This document shows, in pieces, positions 1 through 8,784 of a stretch of 64,000 bases of DNA. Position numbers and translations under genes: made by a program. The stretch lies in sequence record NC_019401.1; one strand, given 5' to 3'. The notes beneath the pieces are model-generated. The model was not told the origin of the DNA and did not search any database. It was given only the letters and a program-made list of their open reading frames with translations. Each line of letters opens with the position of its first letter. The first letter of the stretch is position 1.

Positions 1-126
1 TTGTGCACCAGCATTGTCTCTTATAAATGTATCACCTACATTCTGAGTACTAAAATCAATATCAAGTATTGTAGTACTAGGTGGTAATATATTTCCGTAT
101 TTTATCATCTTTACAAATGGTAACAT
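1..126 (-). CDS. MLPF-family putative virion protein, partial (runs off window), paralog of 1804..2436
   Basis: Not in ORF track. Minus strand reads MLPFVKMIKYGNILPPSTTILDIDFSTQNVGDTFIRDNAGAQ; shares LDIDFSTQxVGDT with 1804..2436. Confidence 0.8.
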   Translation of the reverse strand, partial: MLPFVKMIKYGNILPPSTTILDIDFSTQNVGDTFIRDNAGAQ

Positions 127-204
127 ATAATTTCCCTATAATGGATATAAAGTACTTAAACTATAATCCAAAGTCTATATATCAATATCTTTAATTAATA
201 TAAG

Positions 205-213
205 GTATTTACC
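205..213 (-). promoter_or_regulatory. putative late promoter GTAAATAC
   Basis: Same motif upstream of all three MLPF genes; resembles T4 late TATAAATA. Confidence 0.4.
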
Positions 214-300
214 TCATAAATGCATAAATCACAACTGTTAAGTGCACTTAAAACTTAAACATTCCTAGTACTCATAGCACTCATAGTACTACTAAAATAA

Positions 301-1458
301 TTATATCGATAATGGTAATGTAATTGGTTTGAACCTATAACTGTTAGAACCTATACCCGGTGTATGTGTTCCAATAGCCCCCGCTACGTATATCATATTA
401 TCTGTACCTAATATGTATGAATTCGACGAATTTATAAACCATCCATCATTGTATATCGTCTCATCGTGACTGAATTCCGGCAATAATACCTTATCATGTA
501 ATGTCGGTACGTTGTACGAGCTTGTGCTACCTGTACCAATCTTCCCTTGTGTATTATCACCCCAATACTTAAATTCTCCAGTACTGTTATAATAAGCCAC
601 TGCACTGTTATATGCAGAATATATATAATCTGGATTCCCAATAGATGTAACTAATGTCGGTACTGTTACCGTTCCCGCCGTACTACCATTACCATTTTGT
701 CCAGAATTATTAGTGCCCGCTACGTATATCCCATCAATCTTCTTCGTGAAGTAATTATTCGTTCCAACATAAAAATCTAGTACTTCTGTGTTCAAATTTA
801 TAAATGTGCTTCTCGTTACATTCGGATTTAATTGGAATACAGTACTGTTTCCCGATCCAGCTAATGTTCCATCTGTTCGTAAAATGTAAAATGTTCCAGT
901 AGTGTTAAACCTCGCTTTCTGTATAACTGAACCTATATCAGTCCTCAACGCAAATGTACCAAAATTCGTATTACCTAATCCTAATCTTCCATCACCGTTT
1001 GCACCACCAGTATACATAGAACCGTCTTTCATCACTATATTAATATTCTCATACGTAAGCTGTAAGTACTTAATATTATCATAAGTAACTGCACCAAATA
1101 TATTCGTCCTGTCAGTGAATACCATCACACTACTTGCATTTATTCCTAATGCCGTCGCAATCCCTGAACTAAACCATTTGTTATCGTTCGTTATATATAA
1201 CAGTACTCCACCAGGCGACGATATAGAATCACACCAAAAATTCTTTACATTCGTAGCAATCAATGTCCACTGCGTTAATGCAGTACTGCTACCAGTACCA
1301 AACATACCAGAATTGTTAGAACCTATCGCCCATAAATTTCCAGTACTAGTAAGAAATATTGTATTCGATTGATTAAACTTACTCCCCTGTACCTTAATAA
1401 TATGTCCAGGTGCCGGTGCAATATTCCCGTATTGTATTATCCTGCTAAATGGTAACAT
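301..1458 (-). CDS. RCC1-like repeat (beta-propeller) MLPF-family putative virion/fibre protein
   Basis: Repeated G-x-N-x-x-G-[QR]-[LF]-G motifs (GSNNSGMFG, GANGDGRLG, GTNNSGQNG, GDNTQGKIG); MLPFSRIIQYGN start. Confidence 0.75.
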   Translation of the reverse strand: MLPFSRIIQYGNIAPAPGHIIKVQGSKFNQSNTIFLTSTGNLWAIGSNNSGMFGTGSSTALTQWTLIATNVKNFWCDSISSPGGVLLYITNDNKWFSSGIATALGINASSVMVFTDRTNIFGAVTYDNIKYLQLTYENINIVMKDGSMYTGGANGDGRLGLGNTNFGTFALRTDIGSVIQKARFNTTGTFYILRTDGTLAGSGNSTVFQLNPNVTRSTFINLNTEVLDFYVGTNNYFTKKIDGIYVAGTNNSGQNGNGSTAGTVTVPTLVTSIGNPDYIYSAYNSAVAYYNSTGEFKYWGDNTQGKIGTGSTSSYNVPTLHDKVLLPEFSHDETIYNDGWFINSSNSYILGTDNMIYVAGAIGTHTPGIGSNSYRFKPITLPLSI

Positions 1459-1489
1459 TGTATTCCCCTATATCTTTTTTTAATATCTA

Positions 1490-1498
1490 GTATTTACC
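1490..1498 (-). promoter_or_regulatory. putative late promoter GTAAATAC
   Basis: About 35 nt upstream of the 1458 start. Confidence 0.45.
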
Positions 1499-1504
1499 CA
1501 CTAA

Positions 1505-1535
1505 AACAAAAAAAGCCCGACCTAAGTCGAACTAA
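1505..1535 (-). terminator. intrinsic terminator
   Basis: Minus strand AGTTCGAC-TTAG-GTCGGGCT followed by a T run. Confidence 0.75.
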
Positions 1536-1542
1536 TGTCTAA

Positions 1543-1803
1543 TCATGTAATCTTCTTTACTGTTCGATTCAAATCCGTCGCTGATGAACCACCAAAAAAT
1601 TGATATATCACCGTATCAGTTTCATGCAACGCACAATGCTCAGAAGCATACCATATCGTACCTTTTATATTATCAGGTGCTCGCTTAAATTGTTCAAGTT
1701 CTTCATCCCATACAAATACACAGAACCTAATGCAATAACTAAATTAGCTCCACCATTGTATGATAACTGCTGACCATAATTACTCCATGTATTGGTGCTT
1801 ATA
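1543..1803 (-). pseudogene. frameshifted 3' remnant of a kelch-like repeat gene
   Basis: Reads FNISTNTWSNYGQQLSYNGGANLVIALGSVYLYG, then in another frame VWDEELEQFKRAPDNIKGTIWYASEHCALHETDTVIYQFFGGSSATDLNRTVKKIT-stop; no start codon. Confidence 0.45.
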
Positions 1804-2436
1804 TTAAATCCTAATAATCTTGATACTCTTTAATAACCCATTCCAATATGCAGGAGTACCACCAGTATAAGAACCACCTATGCTAAAATTCGTACCAGCA
1901 CCAAATGGACTCAATGTATGCCTCTGCACTAAACCATTAACAGTAGTTGTTATTCCAGTACTATCTACCTTAAATGATACAATATCCCAACCAGTATTCA
2001 CTACCGTACCAAACTGTATAGTCCTGTAAGTACTTCCAGAATCCATAAACATCTGATACACCCCCGCTGATGGATTGTTACTCATATTCATCCCAGGTAT
2101 TCGTCCAACATTATAATCACCAGTGCAAAATATTTCTCCTACAGGAGCAGAGTTGTTATTAAGTACTAACTGAATCTCAAAACTATGTCCGGGTAATGTT
2201 AAGTACGCATTCATCGGACATATGTACTTAGTATTGTTAAAACGCATTACATTAGATCCTAGTACTTCATTATACTCAACCACCCCAGATGTAGTTCCTG
2301 ATTGTAACGAAAATATACTATGTCCAGTACGGTCTATAATAGAAGTATCTCCAACTGATTGCGTACTAAAATCAATATCAAGTACTACTTCCTTTCCTAT
2401 ATCTCCGTACCGGAATATCCTTGCAAATGGTAACAT
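1804..2436 (-). CDS. LamG/concanavalin A-like domain MLPF-family putative virion protein
   Basis: Beta-rich, with WDIVSF..TTTVNG, FSIGGS and YWNGLLKSIKI typical of LamG folds; MLPFARIFRYGD start. Confidence 0.65.
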   Translation of the reverse strand: MLPFARIFRYGDIGKEVVLDIDFSTQSVGDTSIIDRTGHSIFSLQSGTTSGVVEYNEVLGSNVMRFNNTKYICPMNAYLTLPGHSFEIQLVLNNNSAPVGEIFCTGDYNVGRIPGMNMSNNPSAGVYQMFMDSGSTYRTIQFGTVVNTGWDIVSFKVDSTGITTTVNGLVQRHTLSPFGAGTNFSIGGSYTGGTPAYWNGLLKSIKIIRI

Positions 2437-2466
2437 ATCTAACCCTCTTATTAAAATTATAATATA

Positions 2467-2475
2467 GTATTTACT
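2467..2475 (-). promoter_or_regulatory. putative late promoter GTAAATAC
   Basis: About 35 nt upstream of the 2436 start. Confidence 0.45.
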
Positions 2476-3443
2476 TAGGAGTACTACAATAACCAGTACT
2501 CCAGTACTATAGAAGAACTTATCAACTTCTCAAATATCCCCTCAATATACCCTTAGAACGCTATAGGAAACACTCAGAGAGCATATGTTTGATTCCTGTA
2601 GATAACGCTTTGCGATATCGAAAGGATTCAAACAGCCTAAAATAACGTTTACGATATGCGTCACTCTATATTATAATACTTTAAAATTATATATTATCAC
2701 TATCTTTCTAGTACTATTCAACGTATAAGATAAAAGAATATCAGTACTAATCAGTACTGACAACTATTGTTCAGTACTGTTAACCCCTTCCACTATATCT
2801 GTTCCTGAAGTCGAATGCAAACCGCACAAAAAGTACAGTAACCTTTTTTCAAAAATGATAAGATGAGGTGAGGGAAAATCTGGAAGGTACGTGAAATCAA
2901 ATACCGATCCTAAAAATTTTGGAGTACCTTCGAAAGTTTTTCTGAGATCTCAAAAGTACTCAAACGTAAAAACCAATCAGCAAAATTTCATTTGATACTT
3001 TATTTTTATTGATGATCATTACAGTACTGAACAACGATACAGTACACAGGTGGTAGGTATTATATCAGTACTTGTATATGTCAGAAAATGTAAAGAGCTT
3101 TTAAAATTATAGAATCAGCTTGACGAGAGCGGGTGGATTTAGTATTATGGATTTACACGGTGAGGGGAGGCAATTGAGCCTGGTTCTTACAAGTACTGAC
3201 ATTACTTTTGATGATGTTGGTCATGATACAATTTACCGTATCATTTTCGATCCTCTTTATTGCTTAGGAAATATTGAGTACTAAGTATATTGTAATAATT
3301 GAGTACTTTGTATAGTACTATGTAGTATGCATTTATATTTGACGGTGTACGCCAATATGAATGGATAATGCTAGTACTATACAGTTTTAATTGAGAAAAG
3401 GTACAGATACAGTAACAGTACTGTTACCCTGAATTTTGGGTGT

Positions 3444-3590
3444 ACTATCCCTATCTGCTATCGTTAGATGGATAGACTTCTGGCAGTGTAGATGGATAGA
3501 TGTTTATACGTCTGGACTGCTATCCTTCTGGATGGCTAAACGGCTAGATGGCTACCCATCTGGATGGATAGACGTTTAGACGGCTAAATG
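3444..3590. repeat. cluster of short GATGG[AC]TA repeats with partial inverted CTATC copies
   Basis: GATGGATA at 3467, 3491, 3563; GATGGCTA at 3531, 3547; related GACGGCTA near 3579; CTATC x3 at about 3446-3462. Confidence 0.75.
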
Positions 3591-3770
3591 ATTTTTTCTG
3601 TCAAAATTCCATTAGCTCCCCTTCCGCGACTGGATGGAACCAGGCAGAATCGAAAGTCGTCTTTTCGTGTTGACAGGGATATAATACCACACTGAAAAAC
3701 AATTGCAAGGGATTTTTTGCAGAAAAATAAATTTGACAAGTGATTCAGGATTATAGTACTATATAAGCAA

Positions 3771-3803
3771 GCCAGAGAAATGGCGTCGCCCACAGGGTGC
3801 GGA
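3771..3803 (+). ncRNA. two-hairpin element E1+
   Basis: TTGACA(3733)-18-TACTAT, then GCCA-GAGAAA-TGGC, GTC, GCCCACAGGGTGCGG. Confidence 0.55.
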
Positions 3804-3842
3804 GATCTGCCTATTGATATTTAAATGAATTTTGGATACAAT

Positions 3843-3875
3843 TCCGCACCCTGTGGGTCAAGGAGTTCCGCCTCC
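3843..3875 (-). ncRNA. two-hairpin element E1-
   Basis: Minus strand TTGCAT-17-CATAAT, then GGAG-GCGGAA-CTCC, TTG, ACCCACAGGGTGCGG. Confidence 0.55.
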
Positions 3876-4124
3876 ATGTAAGATATTATGCCAGTACTGC
3901 GATCATAATGCAAGTACTTTTTGTGATTTTCTTTAAAAAAGTTTCCCCTTCTATATACGTATAAAGGAAGCGTTTAGAGCGTGTCAGATCCTGGGGCTTA
4001 CAGTTTTGTACTTTATACTTTATAAAGCCGTGTAAAGCGTCCTATGCGTTCTATGTTTGCGTATGTGTATATAGAGAAGAAAAAGGCTGTTAGAAAGAAT
4101 TTTATAAAAACTTGTATAAAGTAC

Positions 4125-4152
4125 TTGCAAGGTTTTTTCGGTGTGATAGTAT
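4125..4152 (+). promoter_or_regulatory. sigma70 promoter with AGTACT overlapping -35
   Basis: TTGCAA-16-TAGTAT. Confidence 0.55.
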
Positions 4153-4256
4153 TAACCACGTCGAACAGGACAACGCTCTTTAAAAACTTGCTGGTGAATA
4201 CTTAAACATGCCTCCAGGTACTTTGAAAAAAGAATCTGAGAGAATGAAAAAAGTAC

Positions 4257-4284
4257 TTGACGGCAAGATTAGAAAGTGTAGAAT
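4257..4284 (+). promoter_or_regulatory. sigma70 promoter
   Basis: AGTAC-TTGACG-16-TAGAAT with TG extension. Confidence 0.6.
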
Positions 4285-4290
4285 GTTCAA

Positions 4291-4440
4291 TATCGAAAGG
4301 CGGCAAGGTTCGCCGGATGGTAGGAAACGGTGGCGGGGCGATTCAGTACTGCTACAGTGATAAGCGAAAAGAGCTATCACAGCGTTATAAAGGTTAACAT
4401 AACTGTTAACGTCCTATCTGCCGCCCGACGATGCTTTCTG
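4291..4440 (+). ncRNA. candidate structured small RNA
   Basis: Promoter upstream, no ORF; GGCG/CGCC, GGTAGGA/TCCTATC, GTGAT..AGC/GCT..ATCAC and GTTAAC/GTTAAC stems. Confidence 0.4.
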
Positions 4441-4582
4441 TACTGTAAAAGGTACGAAAGAAAAAAGATTCAGAAAGTTATCAAAAAGTACTTGACTGCC
4501 TGAATCGCACGATGTAAGATGTTAAGCAAGCCAGATGGCTAACCCAAAATTCAAAATTTAACTTTTAAGAAGGTATATAATC

Positions 4583-5257
4583 ATGACTACTACTAACACC
4601 ACTAAAGCCGCAAAAGTTACTCTGAACTCTATCGTGTTCGCTGCCGCCCCGGTTCTGCGTGAACTGAAAGAAGGTGAGTCTTACACCAAAACCGAAATGA
4701 AGCAGTTTGAAAAAGAACTGGCCGAACATGTTCGCACTACGTCGCTGGATCTGGCACGTTACATCGTGAACAAAACCGAAAACACCGACCTGATTTCCAA
4801 ACTGCTGGCGGCGACGGTGGAAGCGATTCCTTCTGTGGTTGATGAAGTGCTGAAAGCGAAACAGGAAGAAGAAGCCCGCAAAGCGGAAGAAAAACGCAAA
4901 GCGGAAGAAGAACGTCAGGCCCAGCTCCAGGCCGCCGCTGAAGAACTGGAGAAGAAAAAACAGGATATGCTTAAAGTTCTGACTGATAACGGCGTGGATC
5001 TGGAAGTCGCCAAAGCGATGGTAGCCGCTGGTGCGAAAAACCTGGCTCCGGCTCATGCGGTGAAAAACTCTTACGAACGTGTATCCTGCACTATTGAAGG
5101 CAATCAGTACGATGTTCCGGTGCGTGGCAACATGTCTCAGGCACTGAAAGACCTGGCAGCGAAATACGGTTTCGCCGATGACCGCGAAGGCTTTATCGAA
5201 AAATTCCGCGATGAACCTGCAACGGCGAACGCTGAAGAAAACACCGCCGAAGCGTAA
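4583..5257 (+). CDS. highly expressed early coiled-coil protein, C-terminus resembles H-NS/MvaT DNA-binding domain
   Basis: Strong host-like codon bias; coiled coil; RGNMSQALKDLAAKYG resembles MvaT-type GGNHKTLKEWKAKWG. Confidence 0.75.
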   Translation: MTTTNTTKAAKVTLNSIVFAAAPVLRELKEGESYTKTEMKQFEKELAEHVRTTSLDLARYIVNKTENTDLISKLLAATVEAIPSVVDEVLKAKQEEEARKAEEKRKAEEERQAQLQAAAEELEKKKQDMLKVLTDNGVDLEVAKAMVAAGAKNLAPAHAVKNSYERVSCTIEGNQYDVPVRGNMSQALKDLAAKYGFADDREGFIEKFRDEPATANAEENTAEA

Positions 5258-5404
5258 TACCAAAAGTAATACGGCAAGGGGGCTAGAAAGCCCCCTAAGC
5301 CTTTCTAACAGTACTGTAATACATTTCCTCAAAAGTACTGTTAGAAACGCTTAGAATCAATCCTACAGCGTTTTACGATACATTTTTAATTGAGAGTAAA
5401 CGCT

Positions 5405-5674
5405 ATGGAACTAAAACCACTTTCTGAACTCCGCGATAAAAAAACCATTGTCGCCAGGACAATGATCCACACTTCCCCACGTCAAAAGGTTTTATCTGGC
5501 TATCTGGTTTTTGTGCTGGATGGTAAACTAATACAACGCCGGATCTATGATATGGCTTATAATAGTACTTTTAATAGTGCTATGTATATAGTTTACAAAG
5601 GCGTAAACTATGCCGTAGATCTTGCCTGTAAGACGATTAGCGGGGCTTTCAGTGTTCAAACGTTGAAAGTATAA
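5405..5674 (+). CDS. hypothetical early protein
   Basis: ATG 5405 preferred over TTG 5390; followed by terminator. Confidence 0.7.
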   Translation: MELKPLSELRDKKTIVARTMIHTSPRQKVLSGYLVFVLDGKLIQRRIYDMAYNSTFNSAMYIVYKGVNYAVDLACKTISGAFSVQTLKV

Positions 5675-5685
5675 GCCTACAATCA

Positions 5686-5720
5686 AAAGCCCTTAGAGAA
5701 CGTGCTAAGGGCTTTATATT
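5686..5720 (+). terminator. intrinsic terminator
   Basis: AAAGCCCTTAG/CTAAGGGCTTT stem. Confidence 0.7.
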
Positions 5721-5796
5721 TGATTTTAAAAAATCCTTGCAATAAACTTTCAAACGTGTAGAATTACTTATATCGAAAGAATGTGGAGTAAACAAG

Positions 5797-6189
5797 ATGG
5801 AAAGTAAAGCTAAGTTTGAACAATACAGATTAGTTTTGGATGTACTGATTCAAATGAAAGATTGTATTGACCGCGATGATACTTATACTACAGTACTGGA
5901 TAAGTCATTCAATCTTACCCGATCCCTGGGTATCTGCTGGCATGTATATGTTCACACTCCACCAGCGGAGATCACTGGTATCGGATCGGACTATCTTGAA
6001 CCTGCATTCATTGCGTTAGGGCTTGATCGTGAATATCCGGTTGAAAGCCAGGTTGATACTGATTCGCCGCGAATCCTGCACTTTTCACAGCGTAACCTGT
6101 ACGATCCTGATAACGAGTGCGGAAAGTTACGGATCAAGTTGGTTAATGATTTGATTCAGTACTTTGAAACAGAATTACAAAAGTCTTAA
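5797..6189 (+). CDS. hypothetical early protein
   Basis: GGAG RBS and own promoter. Confidence 0.8.
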   Translation: MESKAKFEQYRLVLDVLIQMKDCIDRDDTYTTVLDKSFNLTRSLGICWHVYVHTPPAEITGIGSDYLEPAFIALGLDREYPVESQVDTDSPRILHFSQRNLYDPDNECGKLRIKLVNDLIQYFETELQKS

Positions 6190-6258
6190 AAAGTACTTGT
6201 ATATTAATTTAGAATCTGTATAATACGTAAGTATAGAGAAACAACAGAGATTAAGAAA

Positions 6259-6543
6259 ATGCAAATTACACTTAACGGATTTACTTTTGTTAAGAACGCA
6301 AATGGTACTGATAACATCCAATCAGTACTTAAAAACAAAGACAATAAAGCATTAGGCGGCATTGTCAAAGAAGGTAACAAGATGGCGAAGCTTGAACGTC
6401 TGAAACAATCGCCGGAAACGTTAGATTTCCTTTGTAAAGTACTGGAAGAAACAAATCAAGTTTATTCAGTACAGAAAGCGGCGAAACCACGTAATAAGTA
6501 CAAAGGTAAATTTAATCCCAACATTCATTCAGTTGGTGCATAA
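6259..6543 (+). CDS. hypothetical basic early protein
   Basis: Own promoter at about 6197-6223. Confidence 0.75.
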   Translation: MQITLNGFTFVKNANGTDNIQSVLKNKDNKALGGIVKEGNKMAKLERLKQSPETLDFLCKVLEETNQVYSVQKAAKPRNKYKGKFNPNIHSVGA

Positions 6544-6555
6544 ATCTTTACAAAA

Positions 6556-6591
6556 CGGGGGTTGACATCAGCCCCCGAAAAATGCAATAAT
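6556..6591 (+). promoter_or_regulatory. terminator-promoter fusion cassette A1
   Basis: CGGGGGTTG-ACAT-CAGCCCCCG hairpin containing TTGACA; AATAAT at 6586. Confidence 0.7.
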
Positions 6592-6599
6592 GTTTACAA

Positions 6600-6633
6600 G
6601 CCGGAACAAAGGCGTAGCCCATAGGATGCGGAG
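6600..6633 (+). ncRNA. two-hairpin element E2+
   Basis: GCC-GGAACAAA-GGC, GTA, GCCCATAGGATGCGG. Confidence 0.55.
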
Positions 6634-6671
6634 ATCTATCTATTGTTTTTTATTTTAATTTTAGATAGATC

Positions 6672-6704
6672 TCCGCACCCTATGGGTTAGGACGTTTCGC
6701 CGTC
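6672..6704 (-). ncRNA. two-hairpin element E2-
   Basis: Minus strand TTGACA-17-TATTAT, then GACG-GCGAAA-CGTC, CTA, ACCCATAGGGTGCGG. Confidence 0.55.
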
Positions 6705-6879
6705 TTGATAGTAATAATAGCAGTACTGAAAAGCCTTGTCAAGCAAAAAAATGGGGAACTTTCCTTGCTCCCCTGTAAATGTTTCAAAGGCATATATTAG
6801 ACTACTGCGAAGCGTTGTTAATCGCAGGTAGTACTATAACAGAACGTGGCAGAGATCGCAAATATATTTTGATGCTTAA

Positions 6880-6966
6880 TATACTTTTAAACGTGAAAAG
6901 TACTTGCAAAGAATGATTAAAAGAGTATACTTAACTTATCGAAACAAACGAGAGGATTTAAAAATG
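6880..6966 (+). repeat. promoter-RBS-ATG cassette, copies at 9235-9321, 14429-14515, partial 7213-7303
   Basis: TATACTTTYAAACGWGAAAAGTACTTGCAAAGAAT...TATCGA..AACGA..AGGATTTAAAAATGG repeated ahead of unrelated ORFs. Confidence 0.8.
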
Positions 6967-7236
6967 GCTAGTTACAGTGCGTCAATGATTGTTAAGGATT
7001 TAGCTGGAAAGCCGTGTTTAGCTTGCGGTTCCTTTGGTAACATTGCGATAGATGGTAGATTATCTATTTCCAGGGCGATAGAGATCGCGGAGGAAAGTTT
7101 TAAGAAAGAATCCAAATTTCAAAACAGCGAATACTTGGGATTTGTAATTGAGAAAACTTCTCGATTCGTTGAATATCGTAAACCGAGTATTATCGGTAAT
7201 AAAGAAGTAAAAACTTTTAAAGAACTTGAACGATAA
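6964..7236 (+). CDS. hypothetical early protein
   Basis: Start reassigned to ATG after GAGGA RBS. Confidence 0.75.
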   Translation: MASYSASMIVKDLAGKPCLACGSFGNIAIDGRLSISRAIEIAEESFKKESKFQNSEYLGFVIEKTSRFVEYRKPSIIGNKEVKTFKELER

Positions 7237-7300
7237 TACTTGTAAAGTGGGTAATGGTTTAGTACTGTTACCCTATCGAAACGAACTTGAGGATTTAAAA

Positions 7301-7747
7301 ATGGGAACTCCAGCATGTATCGCAGTAATGAACGATAAGAAAGAAGTTACCTGGACTTATGTTAACTATGACGGGTATTTAAACGGCGTAGGCAGAATGT
7401 TGAACGAGTATTACAACGATCTGATAATGGCTAAAAAATTGATTTCGATGGGTGATATTTCAGTACTGAAAAAGACGATGGATTGCCCGGTCGGTCACTC
7501 ATTCGCTACACCTGCCCCGGATTGCACAGTATTCTATGAGCGTGATCGAGGTGAAGATAATGTAAAACCACGTCACGGCGATTATGCTATGTTCCTGCGT
7601 TGTAATAAGGGGACAATTAGTTATATCTACACGGATGGACAATGGCATATAGTACGAGAAACAAGTAAACGCGGGGCAATTTTAGACCGTCATAAATTGT
7701 TAGTACTTGGCGAAGTGTTATCCGGTTTATATGATTTTTCGCGTTAA
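7301..7747 (+). CDS. conserved phage hypothetical protein (YDGY / HSF / RDRGE motif family)
   Basis: YVNYDGYLNGVG..GDIS..HSF..YERDRGE pattern; start reassigned after GAGG RBS. Confidence 0.8.
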   Translation: MGTPACIAVMNDKKEVTWTYVNYDGYLNGVGRMLNEYYNDLIMAKKLISMGDISVLKKTMDCPVGHSFATPAPDCTVFYERDRGEDNVKPRHGDYAMFLRCNKGTISYIYTDGQWHIVRETSKRGAILDRHKLLVLGEVLSGLYDFSR

Positions 7748-7760
7748 TTAAATTGCATAT

Positions 7761-7793
7761 AGTACTTGCAAAATTCTGCGAGTACTATATAAT
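7761..7793 (+). promoter_or_regulatory. AGTACT-paired promoter B1
   Basis: AGTACT at 7761 and 7781; TTGCAA..TATAAT. Confidence 0.75.
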
Positions 7794-7823
7794 TACTTAT
7801 ATCTTAAACGGGAGAACAAAGAA

Positions 7824-8279
7824 ATGAAAGCTAACGAATTTGAACAGAAAGTAAGAGAATCCTTTTTGAAGTACTTTCCAAACGGTCATATTCGTTTATC
7901 TAAACTTGCGTTAGGTGGCGGCTTACATATTGCTTGTGGCCTGATTGCAAACGTTAAAGAGATCACCGCCACTATTCGCGAAAATGATCCGTTAAACGTT
8001 TCTATCTTTATTCATGATAACTATGTTTTCAATGATTCAGAAACGGATCTTGATAATGTAGTACTTGAATTTGACAATTCGCATATATCGGTTATTCCTG
8101 ATAATCCGCATATGTACAGCCAATCGCACAAGATCGCCGCACGTAAAATTAACGCTGCACCAGAAAAAGCACTGCAAAACCTGGATAAGTATTTTAAACG
8201 TGTTAAAGATGTTGTATCCGAGCAAGCGGCATTAAATCGGATTATCAAACAAGATACAATTGATCCGAAATATCTGTAA
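7824..8279 (+). CDS. hypothetical early protein
   Basis: GGAG RBS, promoter B1. Confidence 0.8.
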   Translation: MKANEFEQKVRESFLKYFPNGHIRLSKLALGGGLHIACGLIANVKEITATIRENDPLNVSIFIHDNYVFNDSETDLDNVVLEFDNSHISVIPDNPHMYSQSHKIAARKINAAPEKALQNLDKYFKRVKDVVSEQAALNRIIKQDTIDPKYL

Positions 8280-8290
8280 AGTTATTAATC

Positions 8291-8326
8291 AAAGTACTTG
8301 CAAAATGAATGCGAGTACTTTATAAT
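8291..8326 (+). promoter_or_regulatory. AGTACT-paired promoter B2
   Basis: AAAGTACTTGCA-7-TGCGAGTACTTT inverted repeat, then TATAAT. Confidence 0.8.
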
Positions 8327-8356
8327 TAACTTATATTAAGTAAGAGAGAAAACAAA

Positions 8357-8779
8357 ATGAAATTAGATGTAAGAGGTTATTCTGAAGGTGGCTACTGTTT
8401 CCTGTACGATGGTAAGCCGGTTTCCATTCATGAAGCAATGGTCGCGAACGGCGGGAAGTTTTCAAAGCGTACTACTAACGCCTTGAACCGTAGAAATCTG
8501 CCTAGTGTTGAATGGCTAAAAGTGTTTGAAAAAGATGTAGCCACGTTACATACTGGCTTAGATGCTCCTGGTGCCCGTAAAGTACTGAGGGATCATTATA
8601 ACATCGATGTACTTAAACGTGACTATTATCATTTGTCAAGTTCAGAAGTATACGATCTTAAAACTGTATACAAAATGTGCAAATATAAAGTAACAGTTAA
8701 AGAACCTGCACACTCTGAGATGTACTACTTTTTCCAGTACTTGTCAAGGAAAGATGTGCATCCACTCGAAAAGAATTAA
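8357..8779 (+). CDS. hypothetical early protein
   Basis: Promoter B2, GAGAG RBS. Confidence 0.8.
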   Translation: MKLDVRGYSEGGYCFLYDGKPVSIHEAMVANGGKFSKRTTNALNRRNLPSVEWLKVFEKDVATLHTGLDAPGARKVLRDHYNIDVLKRDYYHLSSSEVYDLKTVYKMCKYKVTVKEPAHSEMYYFFQYLSRKDVHPLEKN

Positions 8780-8784
8780 TTAAA

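Noticed and set aside
3670-3685. Plus-strand TTGACA...TATAAT promoter
   Set aside because: Spacer is only about 4 bp; the plausible promoter here is on the minus strand
4565-5332. 255-aa minus-strand ORF
   Set aside because: Antisense shadow of the codon-biased gene 4583..5257; no RBS or promoter logic
6615-6632. Element as a CsrA/RsmA sponge
   Set aside because: Only E2+ has AGGATG; the other 12 copies have GGGTG, lacking the essential GGA
6904-6963. MQRMIK/MQRIV N-terminal extensions (also 9259, 14453) and similar TTG starts (7226, 9719, 21745, 24428)
   Set aside because: They translate promoter DNA; the TTG is usually the -35 box and the RBS lies downstream
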